DNA of 64,000 nucleotides from Patescibacteria group bacterium (GTDB lineage Bacteria; Patescibacteriota; Kazan-3B-28): NCBI GenBank assembly GCA_041649135.1, contig JBAZNQ010000001.1, positions 99,037 to 163,036 of the forward strand, read 5' to 3'. Shown piece by piece: positions 57,882 to 64,000 of this stretch (position 1 is its first letter; each line of letters starts with the position of its first letter). The notes under the pieces were generated by a model. It saw only the letters and a program-made list of their open reading frames with translations, ran no database searches and was not told where the DNA came from. The position numbers and the translations under genes were made by a program.

Positions 57882-58111
57882 TTGACACACTCACCAATTT
57901 GTGTCATACTCCCCAAGTACTGATGAAAGGGCATTGCGACCTCTTGAACGGGGTCGTATTTTATTACTCGATCAGATACCTCTGTAATGGTTTAGATGAT
58001 AGAGCTTTGATTGAGTCCTCCTAAGCGTTATCTATATCAGAAGAGACAAATAACCTGTTTCTGATGAGATAAAGCGAAGGATGGACCCACATATTTCAAC
58101 AAAGCAAAATA
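57882..58111 (+). promoter_or_regulatory. sigma70 promoter and ~195-nt structured 5' leader of the DEAD-box helicase
   Basis: TTGACA-N17-CATACT at 57882-57910; hairpins GCGACCTC..GGGGTCGT and ATCAGAA..TTCTGAT. Confidence 0.6.
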
Positions 58112-59386
58112 ATGTATCGGAATTCTCACAAATCGATCTCTTCTCGCCACTCTACTTCTCGTAGAAGTTTTGGCGGAACCCACAGCACTGGCTCAAAACC
58201 GCCAGTTTTTAGTAGTGGAGCTCCTCATCGCTCGTCCTACGGGCGTAGCGGTGGTGGCCGTCGGTCATTTCGCTCGGCTGGAAAATCCGAGTTAAATATC
58301 GATACTTTCATCAATAAAGCTACTTCAAGATCAATTGTTACAGAATTTCACCCCCAACATCAGTTTGCTGATTTTGGGCTAGATAAAGCTTTATTTGCAG
58401 CTATCGCGCAAAAAGGCTATGCCGATCCAACTCCTATCCAAGACAAGACAATTCCTTTAATTATGGCGGGCAAAGATTTAGTCGGTTTGGCTAATACTGG
58501 TACCGGTAAAACCGCCGCCTTCCTCTTACCTTTAATTCATAAAATTAATCAGAATCGTAACCAACGAATTTTAATTCTGTCTCCGACTCGTGAATTAGCC
58601 ATCCAGATTAATCAGGAGTTCAAAAGTTTTACTACTAAACTTGGGATGCATTCTGTCGCTTGTGTAGGTGGAATGAACATTAGTTCCCAGATTCGCGAAT
58701 TGCGTTACCATCACCAATTTATTATTGGTACTCCCGGTCGGATTTTGGATTTAATGCAACGGGGTGTTCTAAAACTTGATGACGTCAAAACCATCGTGCT
58801 CGACGAAGCTGATTGTATGTTGGATATGGGTTTCATTAATGATATGCGGTTTGTGATGTCAAAAATGCCGACTTCCCGTCAGACTTTGTTTTTCTCCGCC
58901 ACTATGTCACCAACTATCAGCAAATTGATCGATGAATTTTTAACCGAACCCATAACTGTATCTGTCAGCCACCAAGCCGCCCCCACCAATATTGAACAAA
59001 ATGTGGTGCGCTTGAACGGTCGGAATCGAGTGGACGTCTTACAGGATTTACTCCAAGGTTCTGACTACACCAAAGTTTTAGTCTTTGGTCGAACTAAACA
59101 CGGCGTCGAAAAACTATCTAAAACTTTAATTGAGCGTGGCATCAAAGCTGAATCGATTCACGGCAACAAGAATCATGGCAGTCGTCAACGGTCTTTAAAG
59201 CAATTCAAAGATGGCACTGTTCAAGTGCTAGTGGCTACCGATGTGGCGGCTCGTGGTTTGGATATTAATAATGTCAGCCATGTTATTAATTACGAGCTTC
59301 CCGAATCTCGCGAAGACTATATCCATCGCATCGGTCGGACTGGTCGTGGCATTCATCTCGGTAAAGCCCTGACTTTTATTGGGTAA
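58112..59386 (+). CDS. DEAD-box RNA helicase (RhlE-like)
   Basis: PTPIQ, TGTGKT, PTRELA, LDEAD, SAT, ARGLD, HRIGRTGR. Confidence 0.96.
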   Translation: MYRNSHKSISSRHSTSRRSFGGTHSTGSKPPVFSSGAPHRSSYGRSGGGRRSFRSAGKSELNIDTFINKATSRSIVTEFHPQHQFADFGLDKALFAAIAQKGYADPTPIQDKTIPLIMAGKDLVGLANTGTGKTAAFLLPLIHKINQNRNQRILILSPTRELAIQINQEFKSFTTKLGMHSVACVGGMNISSQIRELRYHHQFIIGTPGRILDLMQRGVLKLDDVKTIVLDEADCMLDMGFINDMRFVMSKMPTSRQTLFFSATMSPTISKLIDEFLTEPITVSVSHQAAPTNIEQNVVRLNGRNRVDVLQDLLQGSDYTKVLVFGRTKHGVEKLSKTLIERGIKAESIHGNKNHGSRQRSLKQFKDGTVQVLVATDVAARGLDINNVSHVINYELPESREDYIHRIGRTGRGIHLGKALTFIG

Positions 59387-59399
59387 TCAACTATTCCGG

Positions 59400-59507
59400 G
59401 TCATTCTGGCAAGCCCCCTCCGTCATTCTGGTAATTCTGCCGTACGGCAGAAGCGACCAGAATCGTAGAAAATATATTTATAAGATTCTGGCCAAGCCAG
59501 AATGACA
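59400..59507. repeat. REPIN-like GTCATTCTGG palindrome pair with 21-22-bp half-copy
   Basis: GTCATTCTGG x2 ... CCAGAATC, AT spacer, GATTCTGGCCAAGCCAGAATGAC. Confidence 0.85.
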
Positions 59508-59686
59508 CAAACAAAAAACAGCGCCGCAGGCACCACCAAAACTTTTTCATCGCAGATCCTTCGACCTGTCCGCCATAGCTTTAGCGACGGAGGAAGCCTT
59601 GGCGGAGGAGGACCATTCACTTTTAACTTTCTGCTATCTCAAATTATTCACTGTTCACTATTCACTTTTAACTTTTCATTATCTCT

Positions 59687-61507
59687 ATGGAAATTAGAAA
59701 CATCGCTATTATTGCTCATGTCGATCATGGGAAAACCGCATTAACTGATGCGATTTTAAAGCAAACCGGTATGGCAGAAGCCGGCATGACGATGGATTCT
59801 AACGCTCTCGAACAAGAGCGAGGAATTACGATCTATTCCAAAAATACTTCAGTTTTCTACAAAGGGACAAAAATTAACATTCTCGACACTCCCGGCCATG
59901 CCGATTTCGGTTCGGAAGTTGAACGAGTTTTGCGCTCCGTTGATTCTGTCTTGCTTGTTGTCGATGCCGCCGAAGGTCCGATGCCCCAGACCAAATTTGT
60001 TTTAAAAAAATCCTTGGAACTAGGTTTAAAGCCAATTTTGATCCTGAATAAAATCGATAAACCTGCCGCCAATGTCGAAACTGCCAGCGAAGCAGTCGCC
60101 GAATTATTTTTAGACTTGGGCGCTACCGACAGTCAGTTCAATTTTGAAACTCTCTACGCCATTGGTCGGGATGGTTTGGCCAAAAAGGACATGAGCCATG
60201 AGGCTGAAGATCTGACCCCAATTTTGGATACAATTCTAGAAACTGTTCCCGCCGCCTCTGGCGACAATCTTGCTGCCAAGCCGTTGAAGATGCAGGTGTT
60301 TAATCTGGCTTACGATAATTATCTTGGTCGGATGGGCATTTGCCGGATTTATGAAGGCACTGTCAAGGATGGTCAAAAATTGATCGTCAAGAATCCCAGT
60401 GGCCAAATGTTTACCGGCAAAATTACCAAATTGTATACTTTTGAAGGTATGGCAAAAAAAGAAACCAGCGAAGCTAGTGCTGGCGATATTGTCATGCTGG
60501 CAGGACTTCCGGAAATTTTTATCGGTCAGACTTTGCTTGATAGTGAAACCGGTGAACCCATGCCAGCGATTGCTATTGATGAACCGATCCTATCGATTTA
60601 TATGTTTGTCAACGATTCACCATTTGCTGGCAAGTCTGGCAAATTCTTAACTTCCCGCAAAATTAAGGAACGGTTAGAAAAAGAGCTTGAGGTAAACGTT
60701 GGATTGAAAGTTGATTTTGGTGATGCTCGCTACAAAGTTCATGGCCGCGGTGAGTTACATCTTGCCGTGTTAATTGAAAATATGCGCCGTGAAGGTTTTG
60801 AGCTAGCCGTTTCCCAGCCGGAAGTTATTTTAAAAAATGCTGACGGTACACCTGATACCAATCCCACCGGCTCCAAGGATGGAAAGCTCGAGCCATTTGA
60901 AGAAGTGTCAGTTCTCGTCCCAGATGACCTCTCTGGTGTTGTCATCGAAAAATTAAGTAGCCGCAAAGGTATCATGACAAGTTTAATTTCCGAAAATGGC
61001 GAGTCAAAAATTACTTTTGATATTCCAACCCGCGGACTTTTGGGTTATCGCAACGAATTTATTATCGACACCAAAGGAAAGGGGATTCTCACTTCGATCT
61101 TTTCCAACTTCAGACCGTATGTCGGCGCAATTAGCAAAACTAAATATGGTTCCATGGTTTCCATGATGACCGGCAAAGCCTTGGGCTATGCCCTGTTTAA
61201 TTTACAGGATCGTGGCACGCTTTACATCAAAGCCAATACGGAAGTTTACGAGGGTATGGTGATTGGCAATATTGCTAAAGGCAACGATGTCTGTGTTAAT
61301 CCGATCAAGGGCAAACAACTTACCAACACTCGTTCCTCTGGTACTGATGAGGCCATTCGATTGACTCCGCCGCTTGAATTAACGCTGGAAAAGGCTATCG
61401 ATATTATGAATGATGATGAATTTATCGAAGTTACCCCCGATGCTGTTAGATTGCGTAAACAGTATCTAACTGAACTCGACCGCAAGAAACATCTCCGCGG
61501 GCAGTAA
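59687..61507 (+). CDS. typA: Translational GTPase TypA/BipA
   Basis: IAHVDHGKT, ERGITI, DTPGHADF, NKID, GRGELHL, EVTPDAVRLRK. Confidence 0.97.
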   Translation: MEIRNIAIIAHVDHGKTALTDAILKQTGMAEAGMTMDSNALEQERGITIYSKNTSVFYKGTKINILDTPGHADFGSEVERVLRSVDSVLLVVDAAEGPMPQTKFVLKKSLELGLKPILILNKIDKPAANVETASEAVAELFLDLGATDSQFNFETLYAIGRDGLAKKDMSHEAEDLTPILDTILETVPAASGDNLAAKPLKMQVFNLAYDNYLGRMGICRIYEGTVKDGQKLIVKNPSGQMFTGKITKLYTFEGMAKKETSEASAGDIVMLAGLPEIFIGQTLLDSETGEPMPAIAIDEPILSIYMFVNDSPFAGKSGKFLTSRKIKERLEKELEVNVGLKVDFGDARYKVHGRGELHLAVLIENMRREGFELAVSQPEVILKNADGTPDTNPTGSKDGKLEPFEEVSVLVPDDLSGVVIEKLSSRKGIMTSLISENGESKITFDIPTRGLLGYRNEFIIDTKGKGILTSIFSNFRPYVGAISKTKYGSMVSMMTGKALGYALFNLQDRGTLYIKANTEVYEGMVIGNIAKGNDVCVNPIKGKQLTNTRSSGTDEAIRLTPPLELTLEKAIDIMNDDEFIEVTPDAVRLRKQYLTELDRKKHLRGQ

Positions 61508-61619
61508 GAACTAGTGGTTTGCCAGTCTCCCTAAATCGTAGCATCAGTTTGACTTGTAACACCTCCCTCAAGTAGAGTGGAGCTATCACTTGTACCTATC
61601 TCAAAATCAGGAGAAACCC

Positions 61620-61838
61620 ATGAAAATGTGGTTACTCGCGGTTCCTAACCGCGCGGCAGAGGTCGCCGAATCGTATCTTCAGCGCGCTGGCCTTGAATAC
61701 ATACGTTATTCCGAGACTGGACCGTATGATACCGAGCCGGTTCTGGAACTGGAAGATGGCAGAATTTTTGAAGGCTTAAGAGCGATCAACGAGTTCTGCA
61801 ATCGTGAAACAGCCATCAAAGGAGCGGAATCACACTAA
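61620..61838 (+). CDS. Small glutaredoxin/GST-N-like protein (paralog of 50645-50881)
   Basis: GGAG SD; YLQRAGLEY...EPVLELEDGRIFEGLRAI. Confidence 0.6.
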   Translation: MKMWLLAVPNRAAEVAESYLQRAGLEYIRYSETGPYDTEPVLELEDGRIFEGLRAINEFCNRETAIKGAESH

Positions 61839-61883
61839 ACTCGTCGTATCTTGGTGTTAACCCATATGTAGGAGGTGAACGTG

Positions 61884-62210
61884 ATGTTCATGGTCGGCCG
61901 GCATATTGCCAGTACCGCAGAGGAGTTCGATGCGAAGGCCACACTACTCTCTCCAAGCTACTACGCAGAGGTAGCCCGCATCGACTACGGGTTGAGTATT
62001 GGGGATGAGGAGTACTCTGGCCTCAACCTTAATGACTCCGAACCAGCAACCGAGGAGCAGAAGCACCGGCTTACTGAACTGTACGATCAGGTTCAGAACG
62101 CGCAGTTAACCGAGGAGGACTTCAAGGGAGTCGGTGTCAAGTGCGCAGCCGAGCTTATCCTTGATATGGAAAAGAAGCTTGCCTATCGGCAAGCCCATGG
62201 AGGGCAGTAA
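61884..62210 (+). CDS. Orphan acidic protein
   Basis: AGGAGGTG SD; terminator CCGCCACCTG...CAGGTGGCGG-TTTTTT downstream. Confidence 0.6.
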   Translation: MFMVGRHIASTAEEFDAKATLLSPSYYAEVARIDYGLSIGDEEYSGLNLNDSEPATEEQKHRLTELYDQVQNAQLTEEDFKGVGVKCAAELILDMEKKLAYRQAHGGQ

Positions 62211-62331
62211 CTGCCTTCAAACAGCTGTACCTGTCGCACCCCGCCACCTGAAACCAACCAGGTGGCGGTTTTTTGTTTCATCATCTGGAAAGAAAAAATG
62301 CCACCAAGCTGGCGGCATTAATCGAATCAGT

Positions 62332-62685
62332 CTAAAACGTCGCGCTGACTCGTTGGAATTTATCAGGTACATCACGAACCTTTCGTACGGTGCGATAGCG
62401 ATAGTCCACCACCCAAGCTGTGTTCGTACCATCTACGTTAGGTACGTACACAACGTTGTGGCCATGTTTGACTACAAAGGCCCAATGAATTTCTGGCAGC
62501 CAGTCGCATTCCGTGCTAAGTATCCTTGCCATATCCCTCACCCTGATCGCGACTAGAGGTTTCACAGCGAACACGGCCAACTTTCTCCAGAAAACTGGCC
62601 AACGGCTGATTGCCACGATTAGCTTGTCAATGAAACGCATTAGTTCGTTTCTTAACTCAACTCCGATCCAGTCAGCAAAGTGCAT
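62332..62685 (-). CDS. Orphan hypothetical protein
   Basis: GGGGG SD; TTGACT..TATGCT promoter near 62747-62718; terminator near 62295-62319. Confidence 0.55.
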   Translation of the reverse strand: MHFADWIGVELRNELMRFIDKLIVAISRWPVFWRKLAVFAVKPLVAIRVRDMARILSTECDWLPEIHWAFVVKHGHNVVYVPNVDGTNTAWVVDYRYRTVRKVRDVPDKFQRVSATF

Positions 62686-62722
62686 AGCGCAAACCCCCAA
62701 TGAAATTTCTCATTCAGAGCAT

Positions 62723-62780
62723 ACTGACAGGCGTACCTGTCAGTCAAGGCTTGACACTATGTTAGAAATGTATAACATAG
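62723..62780. promoter_or_regulatory. Two operator-like palindromes in a divergent promoter region
   Basis: ACTGACAGG-CGTA-CCTGTCAGT (62723-62744) and CTATGTTA-N8-TAACATAG (62757-62780). Confidence 0.6.
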
Positions 62781-62811
62781 GACTTGTGATATATTTCTAA
62801 CTCCTATATTT

Positions 62812-63360
62812 ATGACACTCAAACAATTCCAAATCGTTAAACTAACCATTGCGGCGCTAGTGGCGGGGACTATTAGCTACAGCATCACTGTCGACAACTA
62901 TATTGTCCCGATGATCAGTATCGCTTTTTCCATTATTCTGCTTGTGTATTTGCGAAGCCGAGTGAAAGAAGTAATAGCTGATGAACGAGATTATGAGATC
63001 GGTGGTCATGCCGCTCGCTGGGCTATGATGATCTTCAGCTGGACCGCAGTCATTGCGATGTTCCTTCTGTATTACGAAAAAGCGCTTAACCCAACTTTTG
63101 AAGTAGTCGCATATGTCTTGGCCTATGCTGTTTGCGTTCTAATGCTTTTGTATTCGCTCCTCTTTCGTTATTACGATCAGATCAGATTCATGAAACGCCG
63201 AACCTACTACATTATTGCCGGAGTAGTCCTTTTAATTATTGTCGCGATCATGGGCCTTCGGTTTTTCAGCGGTGAAGACACTTGGATGTGCCAAAATGGC
63301 CAATGGGTCGAACATGGCCATCCGTCTGCTTCGATGCCAACTACTAATTGTCAAAAATAA
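62812..63360 (+). CDS. DUF2178-like membrane protein
   Basis: [11 protein letters not shown], multiple TMs, C-terminal [17 protein letters not shown]. Confidence 0.75.
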   Translation: MTLKQFQIVKLTIAALVAGTISYSITVDNYIVPMISIAFSIILLVYLRSRVKEVIADERDYEIGGHAARWAMMIFSWTAVIAMFLLYYEKALNPTFEVVAYVLAYAVCVLMLLYSLLFRYYDQIRFMKRRTYYIIAGVVLLIIVAIMGLRFFSGEDTWMCQNGQWVEHGHPSASMPTTNCQK

Positions 63361-63362
63361 AT

Positions 63363-63551
63363 ATGAAAAACAAGATCAAACAATTTCGCGCTAAACTTGA
63401 TCTCACCCAAGATGAGTTGGCCAAAATGGCAGGAGTGCGTCGGGAGACGATCGTGTTTTTGGAGCAGGGGAAATACAACCCATCACTTCAACTAGCTCAC
63501 AACGTCGCCAAAGCGCTCAAAACCACCATTGGAGAACTTTTTGGTTTGTAA
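63363..63551 (+). CDS. XRE/Cro-C1 HTH transcriptional regulator
   Basis: [32 protein letters not shown]. Confidence 0.93.
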   Translation: MKNKIKQFRAKLDLTQDELAKMAGVRRETIVFLEQGKYNPSLQLAHNVAKALKTTIGELFGL

Positions 63552-63614
63552 AAGACTTGTTCTATCTCCCAGAGGAGCTTATTCTGTTCATAACTAGTAC
63601 CTCGGGAGTCGGCT

Positions 63615-64000
63615 ATGGCATCAAAGCGATCCGTTTACCGATCAATCTATCGGCACGAATTTCACAAGCTTTGCTCCAAAGCCTATGAGTATCTTTGCGA
63701 GCTGCATCCCAACGCTGTCACCTTCGACCCACCCACTTTTGGTGAATATGATGGGTACGGCCAACGGGGTGATCGGATTTGGTTCAACGGCAACGCTTAC
63801 ATCGGAGGGATCACCCCAAAACGTTACCTATGCGTCGCTGAACTAGTCTTTGACAGCAAAGGTAGGCTTCTTCACATCGATAGCGCCGAATATTCCTTGC
63901 TACCCCACAACGCCTACTTCGACTTCTGGATTAGCAAGGGATTGTTCGAAACACCGGGCGAACTGGAAGATCCTGATCTCTTTCGGAGAGATCGTCCACC
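63615..64000 (+). CDS. Hypothetical protein, 3'-truncated by window edge
   Basis: GGGAG SD then MASKRSVYRSIYRHEF...; frame open to the end. Confidence 0.55.
   Translation, partial: MASKRSVYRSIYRHEFHKLCSKAYEYLCELHPNAVTFDPPTFGEYDGYGQRGDRIWFNGNAYIGGITPKRYLCVAELVFDSKGRLLHIDSAEYSLLPHNAYFDFWISKGLFETPGELEDPDLFRRDRP

Noticed and set aside
58061-58085. CTGATGA as a second hammerhead core (also near 57920)
   Set aside because: No stem II followed by GAAA and no matching stems I and III.

Overview
Bacterial chromosome segment, genetic code 11. Gene content suggests a Patescibacteria/CPR lineage (inferred from a sortase plus LPxTG surface protein, membrane-anchored Clp ATPase, PEGA, CAP and C39 proteins, and mostly SD-less housekeeping genes). 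The housekeeping backbone is rarA, pheS/pheT, gyrB, alr, pyrG, rpmA, glyA, gltX, a DEAD-box helicase, typA, glycosyltransferases, tRNA-Leu(CAA) and tRNA-Gln(CTG). Several unusual layers are interleaved. (1) An accessory island at about 18.1-23.6 kb is rich in structured non-coding RNA. It holds a complete type III hammerhead ribozyme directly upstream of a DHH-like phosphoesterase gene, which is joined in frame through a single UGA-CUA plus hairpin to a domain with ADP-ribosyltransferase-like R/S/ExE motifs. (2) A GIY-YIG nuclease gene is flanked by inverted GTCATTCCCGC-type palindromes. An internally deleted copy lies between pheS and pheT, many paired and solo palindromes are dispersed through the window, and some sit in frame inside gyrB, gltX and dinG. 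(3) An intact tRNA-Leu is nested inside a fragmented second tRNA-Leu. (4) Many single-gene orphan cassettes carry their own sigma70 promoter, strong SD and terminator, and several are flanked by duplicated intergenic or gene-end sequence. (5) CdaA, the DinG helicase domain and Clp NBD1 appear catalytically degenerate. All product calls come from motif recognition by eye; no database searches were run.
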